From positions 11,532,001-11,596,000 of the forward strand of contig OZ024741.1 in NCBI GenBank assembly GCA_964016885.1: 64,000 nt of DNA, written 5' to 3'. A program made the translations under genes and the position numbers. Positions 35,501-52,299 of this stretch are shown here, in pieces; positions within the stretch are counted from its first letter, which is position 1; each line of letters begins with the position of its first letter. This DNA comes from Eledone cirrhosa. Lineage: Eukaryota. The notes beneath the pieces are model-generated. The model ran no database searches. It saw only the letters and a list, made by a program, of their open reading frames with translations, and was not told where the DNA came from.

Positions 35501-38500
35501 CACACACATCTACTGAGTTACATACACACATCAACTGAGTTACATACACACATATCTACTGAGTTACATATACACATATCTACCGAATTACATACACACA
35601 CACAACTACTGAGTTCCATGCACACTACTCCTGAGTTACATACACTCACATCTACTGAGTTACATACACTCACATCTACTGAGTTACATACACACACATC
35701 TACTGAGTTACATACACATATCTACTGAGTTACATACACACACAACTACTGAGTTACATGCACACATCTACTGAGTTACATACACACATATCTACTGAGT
35801 TACATACACACCTCTACTTAGTTACATACACACATCTACTGAGTTGCATACACACACATCTACTGAGTTACATACACACACATCTACTGAGTCACATACA
35901 TACATCTACTGAATTACATACACACACATCTATGAGTTACATACACACGCATCTACTGAGTTACATACACACATCTACTGAATTACATACACGCACATCT
36001 ACTGAGTTACATACACACACATCTACTGAGTTACATACACACACATCTCCTAAGTTATATACACACATCTACTGAGTTACATACACACACATCTACTGAG
36101 TTACATACAGACATATCTACTGAGTTACATACACACATCTACTGAGTTACATACACGCACATCTACTGAGTTACATACACACATCTACTGAGTTACATAC
36201 ACACACATCTACTGAGTTACATATATACATCTACTGAGTTACATACACACACATCTACTGAGTTACATACACACACATCTACTGAGTTACATATACACAC
36301 ATCTACTGTGTTACATACACACACATCTACTGAGTTACTTACACACATCTACTGAGTTATATACACTCACATCTACTGAGTTACATACACTCACATCTAC
36401 TGAGTTACATACACACATATCTACTGAGTTACATACACACATCTAATGAGCTACATACACACATATCTACTGAGTTACATACACACATCTAGTGAGTTAC
36501 ATACACACATCTACTGAGTTACATACACACACATCTACTGAGTTACATACACACACTTCTACTGAGTTACATACACACATCCACTGAGTTACATACACGC
36601 ACATCTACTGAGTTACATACATACATCTACTGAGTTACGTACGCTCACATCTACTGAGTTACATACACACACATCTACAGAGTTACATATACACACATCT
36701 ACTGAGTTGCATACACACATCTACTGCGTTACATATACGCACATCTACTGTGTTACATACACACACATCTACTGAGTTACATACACAAACACCTACCGAG
36801 TTACATACACACACATCTACTGTGTTACATACACACATCTACTGAGTCACATACATACATCTACTGAATTACATACACACACATCGACTGAGTTACATAC
36901 ACACGCATCTACTGAGTTACATACACACATCTACTGAATTACATACACGCACATTTACTGAGTTACATACACACACATCTACTGAGTTACATACACACAC
37001 ATCTCCTAAGTTACATACACACATCTACTGAGTTACATACATACACATCTATTAAGTTACATACACACACATCTACTGAGTTACATACACACAAATCTAC
37101 TGAGTTACATACACAAACATCTACTGAGTTATATACACACACATCTACTGAGTTACATACACACACATCTACTGAGTTACATACACACATCTACTGAGTT
37201 ACATACATACACATCTACTGAATTGCGTACGCTCACAACTACTGAGTTACATACACTCACATCTACTGAGTTACATACACACGTCTACTGAGTTACACAC
37301 ACTCACATCTACTGTATTACATACACACATCTACTGAGTTACATACACACACATCTACTGAGTTATATACACACATATCTACTGAGTTACATACACACAC
37401 ATCTATTGAGTTACATACACACACAACTACTGTGTCAAATACATACACATCTACTGAGTTACATACACACATCTACTGAATTACGTACACACACATCTAC
37501 TGAGTTACATACACACGCATCTACTAAGTTACATACACACATCTGCTGAGTTAGATACACACACATCTACTGAGTTACATACACACACATCCACTGAGTT
37601 ACATACATACACATCTACTTAGTTACATACACACACATCTACTGAGTTAAATACACACACATCTACTGCGTTACATATACACACATCCACTGAGTTACAT
37701 ACACACACCTCTACTGAGTGACATACACACATCTACTGAGTTACATACACGCACATCTACTGAGTTACATACATACACCTACTGAGCTACATACACACAC
37801 ATCTACTTAGTTACATACACCGACATCTACTGTGTTACATATACACACATCTACTGAGTTACATACACACAAATCTACTGAGTTACCTACACACACATCT
37901 AATGAGTTACATACACGCACATCTACTGAGTTACATATACACACATCTACTGAGTTACATACACACACACATCAACTGAGATACATACACACATCTACAG
38001 AGTTACATACAGACACATCTACTGAGTTACATATACACATCTACTAAGCTACATATACACACATCTACTGAGTTACAGACACACATCTACTGAGTTACAT
38101 ACACACATCTACTGAGTTACATACACACACATCTACTGAGTTACATACATACATCTACTGAGTTACATACATACACATCTACTGAGTTACATAAACACAC
38201 ATCTACTGAGTTACATACAGACACATCTACTGAGTTACATACACACCTCTACTGAGTTACATACACACACCATCTACTGAGTTACATACACACACATCAA
38301 CTGAGATACATACACACATCTACAGAGTTACATACAGACACATCTACTGAGTTACATACACACATCTACTGAGTTACATACACACACATCTACTGAGTTA
38401 CATACACACATCAACTGAGTTACATACACACATATCTACTGAGTTACATATACACATATCTACCGAATTACATACACACACACAACTACTGAGTTCCATG

Positions 38501-41500
38501 CACACTACTCCTGAGTTACATACACTCACATCTACTGAGTTACATACACTCACATCTACTGAGTTACATACACACACATCTACTGAGTTACATACACATA
38601 TCTACTGAGTTACATACACACACAACTACTGAGTTACATGCACACATCTACTGAGTTACATACACACATATCTACTGAGTTACATACACACCTCTACTTA
38701 GTTACATACACACATCTACTGAGTTGCATACACACACATCTACTGAGTTACATACACACACATCTACTGAGTCACATACATACATCTACTGAATTACATA
38801 CACACACATCTATGAGTTACATACACACGCATCTACTGAGTTACATACACACATCTACTGAATTACATACACGCACATCTACTGAGTTACATACACACAC
38901 ATCTACTGAGTTACATACACACACATCTCCTAAGTTATATACACACATCTACTGAGTTACATACACACACATCTACTGAGTTACATACAGACATATCTAC
39001 TGAGTTACATACACACATCTACTGAGTTACATACACGCACATCTACTGAGTTACATACACACATCTACTGAGTTACATACACACACATCTACTGAGTTAC
39101 ATATATACATCTACTGAGTTACATACACACACATCTACTGAGTTACATATACACACATCTACTGTGTTACATACACACACATCTACTGAGTTACTTACAC
39201 ACATCTACTGAGTTATATACACTCACATCTACTGAGTTACATACACTCACATCTACTGAGTTACATACACACATATCTACTGAGTTACATACACACATCT
39301 AATGAGCTACATACACACATATCTACTGAGTTACATACACACATCTAGTGAGTTACATACACACATCTACTGAGTTACATACACACACATCTACTGAGTT
39401 ACATACACACACTTCTACTGAGTTACATACACACATCCACTGAGTTACATACACGCACATCTACTGAGTTACATACATACATCTACTGAGTTACGTACGC
39501 TCACATCTACTGAGTTACATACACACACATCTACAGAGTTACATATACACACATCTACTGAGTTGCATACACACATCTACTGCGTTACATATACGCACAT
39601 CTACTGTGTTACATACACACACATCTACTGAGTTACATACACAAACACCTACCGAGTTACATACACACACATCTACTGTGTTACATACACACATCTACTG
39701 AGTCACATACATACATCTACTGAATTACATACACACACATCGACTGAGTTACATACACACGCATCTACTGAGTTACATACACACATCTACTGAATTACAT
39801 ACACGCACATTTACTGAGTTACATACACACACATCTACTGAGTTACATACACACACATCTCCTAAGTTACATACACACATCTACTGAGTTACATACATAC
39901 ACATCTATTAAGTTACATACACACACATCTACTGAGTTACATACACACAAATCTACTGAGTTACATACACAAACATCTACTGAGTTATATACACACACAT
40001 CTACTGAGTTACATACACACACATCTACTGAGTTACATACACACATCTACTGAGTTACATACATACACATCTACTGAATTGCGTACGCTCACAACTACTG
40101 AGTTACATACACTCACATCTACTGAGTTACATACACACGTCTACTGAGTTACACACACTCACATCTACTGTATTACATACACACATCTACTGAGTTACAT
40201 ACACACACATCTACTGAGTTATATACACACATATCTACTGAGTTACATACACACACATCTATTGAGTTACATACACACACATCTACTGTGTCAAATACAT
40301 ACACATCTACTGAGTTACATACACACATCTACTGAATTACGTACACACACATCTACTGAGTTACATACACACGCATCTACTAAGTTACATACACACATCT
40401 GCTGAGTTAGATACACACACATCTACTGAGTTACATACACACACATCCACTGAGTTACATACATACACATCTACTTAGTTACATACACACACATCTACTG
40501 AGTTAAATACACACACATCTACTGCGTTACATATACACACATCCACTGAGTTACATACACACACCTCTACTGAGTGACATACACACATCTACTGAGTTAC
40601 ATACACGCACATCTACTGAGTTACATACATACACCTACTGAGCTACATACACACACATCTACTTAGTTACATACACCGACATCTACTGTGTTACATATAC
40701 ACACATCTACTGAGTTACATACACACAAATCTACTGAGTTACCTACACACACATCTAATGAGTTACATACACGCACATCTACTGAGTTACATATACACAC
40801 ATCTACTGAGTTACATACACACACACATCAACTGAGATACACACACACATCTACAGAGTTACATACAGACACATCTACTGAGTTACATATACACATCTAC
40901 TAAGCTACATATACACACATCTACTGAGTTACAGACACACATCTACTGAGTTACATACACACATCTACTGAGTTACATACACACACATCTACTGAGTTAC
41001 ATACATACATCTACTGAGTTACATACATACACATCTACTGAGTTACATAAACACACATCTACTGAGTTACATACAGACACATCTACTGAGTTACATACAC
41101 ACCTCTACTGAGTTACATACACACACCATCTACTGAGTTACATACACACACATCAACTGAGATACATACACACATCTACAGAGTTACATACAGACACATC
41201 TACTGAGTTACATACACACATCTACTGAGTTACATACACACACATCTACTGAGTTACATACACACATCAACTGAGTTACATACACACATATCTACTGAGT
41301 TACATATACACATATCTACCGAATTACATACACACACAACTACTGAGTTACATACACTCACATCTACTGAGTTACATACACTCACATCTACTGAGTTACA
41401 TACACACACATCTACTGAGTTACATACACATATCTACTGAGTTACATACACACGCAACTACTGAGTTACATGCACACATCTACTGAGTTACATACACACA

Positions 41501-43550
41501 TATCTACTGAGTTACATACACACCTTTACTTAGTTACATACACACATCTACTGAGTTGCATACACACACATCTACTGAGTTACATACACACACATCTACT
41601 GAGTCACATACATACATCTACTGAATTACATACACACACATCTATGAGTTACATACACACGCATCTACTGAGTTACATACACACATCTACTGAATTACAT
41701 ACACGCACATCTACTGAGTTACATACACACACATCTACTGAGTTACATACACACACATCTCCTAAGTTATATACACACATCTACTGAGTTACATACACAC
41801 ACATCTACTGAGTTACATACAGACATATCTACTGAGTTACATACACACATCTACTGAGTTACATACACGCACATCTACTGAGTTACATACACACATCTAC
41901 TGAGTTACATACACACACATCTACTGAGTTACATACACACACATCTACTGAGTTACATATACACACATCAACTGTGTTACATACACGCACATCTACTGAG
42001 TTACTTACACACATCTACTGAGTTATATACACTCACATCTACTGAGTTACATACACTCACATCTACTGAGTTACATACACACATATCTACTGAGTTACAT
42101 ACACACATCTAATGAGCTACATATACACATATCTACTGAGTTACATACACACATCTAGTGAGTTACATACATACACATCTACTGAATTACGTACGCTCAC
42201 AACTACTGAGTTACATACACTCACATCTACTGAGTTACATACACACGTCTACTGAGTTACAAACACTCACATCTACTGTATTACATACACACATCTACTG
42301 AGTTACATACACACACATCTACTGAGTTATATACACACATATCTACTGAGTTACATACACACACATCTATTGAGTTACATACACACACATCTACTGTGTC
42401 AAATACATACACATCTACTGAGTTACATACACACATCTACTGAATTACGTACACACACATCTACTGAGTTACATACACACGCATCTACTAAGTTACATAC
42501 ACACATCTGCTGAGTTAGATACACACACATCTACTGAGTTACATACACACACATCCACTGAGTTACATACATACACATCTACTTAGTTACATACACACAC
42601 ATCTACTGAGTTAAATACACACACATCTACTGCATTACATATACACACATCCACTGAGTTACATACACACACCTCTACTGAGTGACATACACACATCTAC
42701 TGAGTTACATACACGCACATCTACTGAGTTACATACATACACCTACTGAGCTACATACACACACATCTACTTAGTTACATACACCGACATCTACTGTGTT
42801 ACATATACACACATCTACTGAGTTACATACACACAAATCTACTGAGTTACCTACACACACATCTAATGAGTTACATACACGCACATCTACTGAGTTACAT
42901 ATACACACATCTACTGAGTTACATACACACACACATCAACTGAGATACATACACACATCTACAGAGTTACATACAGACACATCTACTGAGTTACATATAC
43001 ACATCTACTAAGCTACATATACACACATCTACTGAGTTACAGACACACATCTACTGAGTTACATACACACATCTACTGAGTTACATACACACACATCTAC
43101 TGAGTTACATACATACATCTACTGAGTTACATACATACACATCTACTGAGTTACATAAACACACATCTACTGAGTTACATACAGACACATCTACTGAGTT
43201 ACATACACACCTCTACTGAGTTACATACACACACCATCTACTGAGTTACATACACACACATCAACTGAGATACATACACACATCTACAGAGTTACATACA
43301 GACACATCTAATGAGTTACATACACACATCTACTGAGTTACATACACACACATCTACTGAGTTACATACACACATCAACTGAGTTACATACACACATATC
43401 TACTGAGTTACATATACACATATCTACCGAATTACATACACACACACAACTACTGAGTTCCATGCACACTACTCCTGAGTTACATACACTCACATCTACT
43501 GAGTTACATACACTCACATCTACTGAGTTACATACACACACATCTACTGA
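33860..43550 (+). repeat. Tandem ~2.86-2.9-kb higher-order repeat (~120-125 monomers): two full copies, one truncated copy and one partial copy
   Basis: ORF pairs 34952/37832 and 35758/38638 (2880), 37832/40688 (2856), 38638/41470 (2832) and 40688/42796 (2108). ACAAACACCTACCG occurs at 33881, 36785 and 39641. Confidence 0.9.
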
Positions 43551-43829
43551 GTTACATATATACATCTACTGAGTTACATACACACACATCTACTGAGTTA
43601 CATACACACACATCTACTGAGTTACATATACACACATCTACTGTGTTACATACACACACATCTACTGAGTTACTTACACACATCTACTGAGTTATATACA
43701 CTCACATCTACTGAGTTACATACACTCACATATACTGAGTTACATACACACATATCTACTGAGTTACATACACACATCTAATGAGCTACATACACACATA
43801 TCTACTGAGTTACATACACACATCTAGTG

Positions 43830-46800
43830 AGTTACATACACACATCTACTGAGTTACATACACACACATCTACTGAGTTACATACACACACTTCTACTGA
43901 GTTACATACACACATCCACTGAGTTACATACACGCACATCTACTGAGTTACATACATACATCTACTGAGTTACGTACTCTCACATCTACTGAGTTACATA
44001 CACACACATCTACAGAGTTACATATACACACATCTACTGAGTTGCATACACACATCTACTGCGTTACATATACGCACGTCTACTGTGTTACATACACACA
44101 CCTCTACTGAGTTACATACATACACATCTACTGAGTTACATACACACACATCTACTGAGTTACATACACACACATCTACTAAGTTACATACACACATCTA
44201 CTGAGTTACATACACACAAATCTACTGAGTTACATACACACACATCTAATGAGTTACATACACGCACATCTACTGAGTTACGTACACACATATCTACTGA
44301 GTTACATACACACATCTAATGAGCTACATACACACATATCTACTGAGTTACATACACACATCTAGTGAGCTACATACACACATCTACTGAGTTACATACA
44401 CACACATCTACTGAATTACATACAGACACCTCTTCTGAGTTACATACACACATCCACTGAGTTACATACACACACCTCTACTGAGTTACATACACACAGC
44501 TCTACTGAGTTACATACACACATCCACTGAGCTACATACACACACATCTACTGAGTTACATACACACACATCTAATGTGTTACATACACACACATCTACT
44601 GAGTCACATACATACATCTACTGAATTACATACACACACATCTACTGAGTTACATACACACGCATCTACTGAGTTACATACACACATCTACTGAATTACA
44701 TACACGCACATCTACTGAGTTACATACACACACACATCTACTGAGTTACATACACACACATCTCCTAAGTTATATACACACATCTACTGAGTTACATACA
44801 CACACATCTACTGAGTTACATACAGACATATCTACTGAGTTACATACACACATCTACTGAGTTACATACACACACATCTACTGAGTTACATACATACATC
44901 TACTGAGTTACATACACACACATCTACTGAGTTACATACAGACACATCTACTGAGTTACATATACACACATCTACTGTGTTACATACACACACATCTACT
45001 GAGTTACATACACACATCTACTGAGTTATATACACTCACATCTACTGAGTTACATACACACATCTAGTGAGTTACAGACACACATATCTACTGAGTTACA
45101 TACACACACATCTACCGAGTTACATACACACACCCCTCTACTGAGTTACATACACACATCCACTGAGTTACATACACGCACATCTAGTGAGTTACATACA
45201 TACATCTACTGAGTTACGTACGCTCACATCTACTGAGTTACATACACACACATCTACAGAGTTACATATACACACATCTACTGAGTTGCATACACACATC
45301 TAGTGAGTTACATATACACACATCTACTGTGTTACATACACACACCTCTACTGAGTTACATACATACACATCTACTGAGTTACATACACACACATCTACT
45401 GAGTTACATACACACACATCTACTAAGTTACATACACACATCTACTGAGTTACATACACACAACTCTACTGAGTTACATACACACACATCTAATGAGTTA
45501 CATACACGCACATCTACTGAGTTACATACATACATCTACTGAGTTACATACATACACATCTACTGAGTTATATAAACACACATCTACTGAGTTACATACA
45601 GACACATCTACTGAGTTACATACACACCTCTACTGAGTTACATACACACACCATCTACTGAGTTACATACACACACATCTTCTGAGTTACATACGCATAC
45701 ATCTCCTAAGTTATATACACACATCTACTGAGTTACATACACCCACATCTACTGAGTTACATACAGACATATCTACTGAGTTACATACACACATCTACTG
45801 AGTTACATACACACACATCTACTGAGTTACATACACACACTTCTACTGAGTTACATACACACATCCACTGAGTTACATACACGCACATCTACTGAGTTAC
45901 ATACATACATCTACTGAGTTACGTACTCTCACATCTACTGAGTTACATACACACACATCTACAGAGTTACATATACACACATCTACTGAGTTGCATACAC
46001 ACATCTACTGCGTTACATATACGCACGTCTACTGTGTTACATACACACACCTCTACTGAGTTACATACATACACATCTACTGAGTTACATACACACACAT
46101 CTACTGAGTTACATACACACACATCTACTAAGTTACATACACACATCTACTGAGTTACATACACACAAATCTACTGAGTTACATACACACACATCTAATG
46201 AGTTACATACACGCACATCTACTGAGTTACGTACACACATATCTACTGAGTTACATACACACATCTAATGAGCTACATACACACATATCTACTGAGTTAC
46301 ATACACACATCTAGTGAGCTACATACACACATCTACTGAGTTACATACACACACATCTACTGAATTACATACAGACACCTCTTCTGAGTTACATACACAC
46401 ATCCACTGAGTTACATACACACACCTCTACTGAGTTACATACACACAGCTCTACTGAGTTACATACACACATCCACTGAGCTACATACACACACATCTAC
46501 TGAGTTACATACACACACATCTAATGTGTTACATACACACACATCTACTGAGTCACATACATACATCTACTGAATTACATACACACACATCTACTGAGTT
46601 ACATACACACGCATCTACTGAGTTACATACACACATCTACTGAATTACATACACGCACATCTACTGAGTTACATACACACACACATCTACTGAGTTACAT
46701 ACACACACATCTCCTAAGTTATATACACACATCTACTGAGTTACATACACACACATCTACTGAGTTACATACAGACATATCTACTGAGTTACATACACAC

Positions 46801-47750
46801 ATCTACTGAGTTACATACACACACATCTACTGAGTTACATACATACATCTACTGAGTTACATACACACACATCTACTGAGTTACATACAGACACATCTAC
46901 TGAGTTACATATACACACATCTACTGTGTTACATACACACACATCTACTGAGTTACATACACACATCTACTGAGTTATATACACTCACATCTACTGAGTT
47001 ACATACACACATCTAGTGAGTTACAGACACACATATCTACTGAGTTACATACACACACATCTACCGAGTTACATACACACACCCCTCTACTGAGTTACAT
47101 ACACACATCCACTGAGTTACATACACGCACATCTAGTGAGTTACATACATACATCTACTGAGTTACGTACGCTCACATCTACTGAGTTACATACACACAC
47201 ATCTACAGAGTTACATATACACACATCTACTGAGTTGCATACACACATCTAGTGAGTTACATATACACACATCTACTGTGTTACATACACACACCTCTAC
47301 TGAGTTACATACATACACATCTACTGAGTTACATACACACACATCTACTGAGTTACATACACACACATCTACTAAGTTACATACACACATCTACTGAGTT
47401 ACATACACACAACTCTACTGAGTTACATACACACACATCTAATGAGTTACATACACGCACATCTACTGAGTTACATACATACATCTACTGAGTTACATAC
47501 ATACACATCTACTGAGTTATATAAACACACATCTACTGAGTTACATACAGACACATCTACTGAGTTACATACACACCTCTACTGAGTTACATACACACAC
47601 CATCTACTGAGTTACATACACACACATCTTCTGAGTTACATACACATACATCTCCTAAGTTATATACACACATCTACTGAGTTACATACACCCACATCTA
47701 CTGAGTTACATACAGACATATCTACTGAGTTACATACACACATCTACTGA
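43830..47750 (+). repeat. Tandem duplication with 1949-bp period (two copies)
   Basis: Identical ORF translations at 45303/47252. Rare variants CTTCTAC 43891/45840 and TACGTACTCTC 43971/45920 are both at +1949. Confidence 0.9.
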
Positions 47751-50700
47751 GTTACAAACACGCACATCTACTGAGTTACATACACACATCTACTGAGTTA
47801 CATACACACACATCTACTGAGTTACATACATACATCTACTGAGTTACATACACACACATCTACTGAGTTACATACACACACATCTACTGAGTTACATATA
47901 CACACATCTACTGTGTTACATACACACACATCTACTGAGTTACTTACACACATCTACTGAGTTATATACACTCACATCTACTGAGTTACATACACTCACA
48001 TCTACTGAGTTACATACACACATATCTACTGAGTTACATACACACATCTAATGAGCTACATACACACATATCTACTGAGTTACATACACACATCTAGTGA
48101 GTTACATACACACATCTACTGAGTTACATACACACACATCTACTGAGTTACATACACACACCTCTACTGAGTTACATACACACATCCACTGAGATACATA
48201 CACGCACATCTACTGAGTTACATACATACATCTACTGAGTTACGTACGCTCACATCTACTGAGTTACATACACACACATCTACAGAGTTACATTTACACA
48301 CATCTACTGAGTTGCATACACACATCTACTGAGTTACATATACACACATCTACTGTGTTACATACACACACCTCTACTGAGTTACATACACACACATCTA
48401 CTGCGTTACATACACACACATCTACTAAGTTACATACACACATCTACTGAGTTACATACACACAAATCTACTGAGTTACATACAAACACATCTAATGAGT
48501 TACATACACGCACATCTACTGAGTTACATACATACATCTACTGAGTTACATACATACACATCTACTGAGTTATATAAACACACATCTACTGAGTTACATA
48601 CAGACACATCTACTGAGTTACATACACACCTCTACTGAGTTACATACACACATATCTTCTGAATTACATATACACACATCTACTGAGATACATACACACA
48701 TCTACAGAGTTACCTACAGACACATCTACTGAGTTACATATACACATCTACTAAGCTACATACACACACATCTACTGAGTTACAGACACACATCTACTGA
48801 GTTACATACACACATCTACTGAGTTACATACACACACATCTACTGAGTTACATACACACATCTACTGAGTTACATACACACATATCTACTGAGTTACATA
48901 TACACATATCTACCGAGTTACATACACATATCTACTGAGTTACATACACACACACAACTACTGAGTTCCATGCACACTACTCCTGAGTTACATACACTCA
49001 CATCTACTGAGTTACATACACTCACATCTACTGAGTTACATACACACACATCTACTGAGTTACATACACATACCTACTGAGTTACATACACACACAACTA
49101 CTGAGTTACATGCACACATCCACTGAGTTACATACACACATATCTACTGAGTTACATACACACCTCTACTTAGTTACATACACACATCTACTGAGTTGCA
49201 TACATACACATCTACTGAGTTACATACACTCACATCTACTGAGTTACATACACACACATCTACTGAATCACATACATACATCAACTAAATTACATTCACA
49301 CACATCTACTGAGTTACATACACACGCATCTACTGAGTTACATACACACTACTGCTGAGTTACATACACACACATCTACTGAGTTACATACACACACATC
49401 TACTGTGTTACATACACACACATCTACTAAGTCACATACATACATCTACTGAATTACATACACACACATCTACTAAGTTACATACACACGCATCTACTGA
49501 GTTACATACACACATCTACTGAATTACATACACGCACATCTACTGAGTTACATACACACACATCTACTGAGTTACATACACACACATCTTCTAAGTTATA
49601 TACACACATGTACTGAGTTACATACACACACATCTACTGAGTTACATACAGACATATCTACTGAGTTACATACACACATCTACTGAGTTACATACACGCA
49701 CATCTACTGAGTTACATACACACATCTACTGAGTTACATACACACACATCTACTGAGTTACATACATACATCTACTGAGTTACATACACACACATCTACT
49801 GAGTTACATACACACACATCTACTGAGTAACATATACACACATCTACTGTGTTACATACACACACATCTACTGAGTTACATACACACATCTACTGAGTTA
49901 TATACACTCACATCTACTGAGTTACATACACTCACATCTACTGAGTTACGTACACACATATCTACTGAGTTACATACACACATCTAATGAGCTACATACA
50001 CACATATCTACTGAGTTACATACACACATCTAGTGAGCTACATACACACATCTACTGAGTTACATACACACACATCTACTGAATTACATACACACACCTC
50101 TTCTGAGTTACATACACACATCCACTGAGTTACATACACACACCTCTACTGAGTTACATATACACAGCTCTACTGAGTTACATACACACATCCACTGAGC
50201 TACATACACACACATCTACTGAGTTACATACACACACATCTAATGTGTTACATACACACACATCTACTGAGTCACATACATACATCTACTGAATTACATA
50301 CACACACATCTACTGAGTTACATACACACGCATCTACTGAGTTACATACACACATCTACTGAATTACATACACGCACATCTACTGAGTTACATACACACA
50401 CATCTACTGAGTTACATACACACACATCTCCTAAGTTATATACACACATCTACTGAGTTACATACACACACATCTACTGAGTTACATACAGACATATCTA
50501 CTGAGTTACATACACACATCTAATGAGTTACATACACACATCTACTGAGTTACATACACACACATCTACTGAGTTACATACACACACCCCTCTACTGAGT
50601 TACATACACACATCCACTGAGTTACATACATACATCTACTGAGTTACGTACGCTCACATCTACTGAGTTACATACACACACATCTACAGAGTTACATATA

Positions 50701-52299
50701 CACACATCTACTGAGTTGCATACACACATCTAGTGAGTTACATATACACACATCTACTGTGTTACATACACACACCTCTACTGAGTTACATACACACACA
50801 TCTACTAAGTTACATACACATATCTACTGAGTTACATACACACAACTCTACTGAGTTACATACACACACATCCAATGAGTTACATACACGCACATCTACT
50901 GAGTTACATACATACATCTACTGAGTTACATACATACACATCTAATGAGTTATATAAACACACATCTACTGAGTTACATACAGACACATCTACTGAGTTA
51001 CATACACACCTCTACTGAGTTACATACACACACCATCTACTGAGTTACATACACACACATCTTCTGAGTTACATACACACATCCACTGAGCTACATACAC
51101 ACACATCTACTGAGTTACATACACACACATCTACTGTGTTACATACACACACATCTACTGAGTCCCATACATACATCTACTGAATTACATACACACACAT
51201 CTACTGAGTTACATACACACGCATCTACTGACTTACATACACACATCTACTGAATTACATACACGCACATCTACTGAGTTACATACACACACATCTACTG
51301 AGTTACATACACACACATCTCCTAAGTTATATACACACATCTACTGAGTTACATACACACACATCTACTGAGTTACATACACACATATCTACTGAGTTAC
51401 ATACACACATCTACTGACTTACATACACGCACATCTACTGAGTTACATACATACATCTACTGAGTTACATACACACACATCTACTGAGTTACATACACAC
51501 ACATCTACTGAGTTACATATACACACATCTACTGTGTTACATACACACACATCTACTGAGTTACATACACACATCTACTGAATTATATACACTCACATCT
51601 ACTGAGTTACATACACTCACATCTACTGAGTTACATACAGACATATCTACTGAGTTACATACACACATCTAATGAGCTACATACACACATATCTACTGAG
51701 TTACATACACACATCTAGTGTGTTACATACACACATCTACTGAGTTACATACACACACATCTACTGAGTTACATACACACACCCCTCTACTGAGTTACAT
51801 ACACACATCCACTGAGTTACATACACGCACATCTACTGAGTTACATACATACATCTACTGAGTTACGTACGCTCACATCTACTGAGTTACATACACACAC
51901 ATCTACAGAGTTACATATACACACATCTACTGAGTTGCATACACACATCTAGTGAGTTACATATACACACATCTACTGTGTTACATACACACACCTCTAC
52001 TGAGTTACATACATACACATCTACTGAGTTACATACACACACATCTACTGAGTTACATACACACACATCTACTAAGTTACATACACACATCTACTGAGTT
52101 ACATACACACAACTCTACTGAGTTACATACACACACATCTAATGAGTTACATACACGCACATCTACTGAGTTACATACATACATCTACTGAGTTACATAC
52201 ATACACATCTACTGAGTTATATAAACACACATCTACTGAGTTACATACAGACACATCTACTGAGTTACATACACACCTCTACTGAGTTACATACACACA

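Noticed and set aside
34321-39120. 2880 = 120 x 24, suggesting an exact 120-mer of 24-bp units or a nucleosome-multiple period
   Set aside because: The unit mixes 22-, 23-, 24-, 25- and 26-bp monomers, and neighbouring periods (2856, 2832, 1949, 2406, 1583) share no common multiple, so the round number is coincidental.
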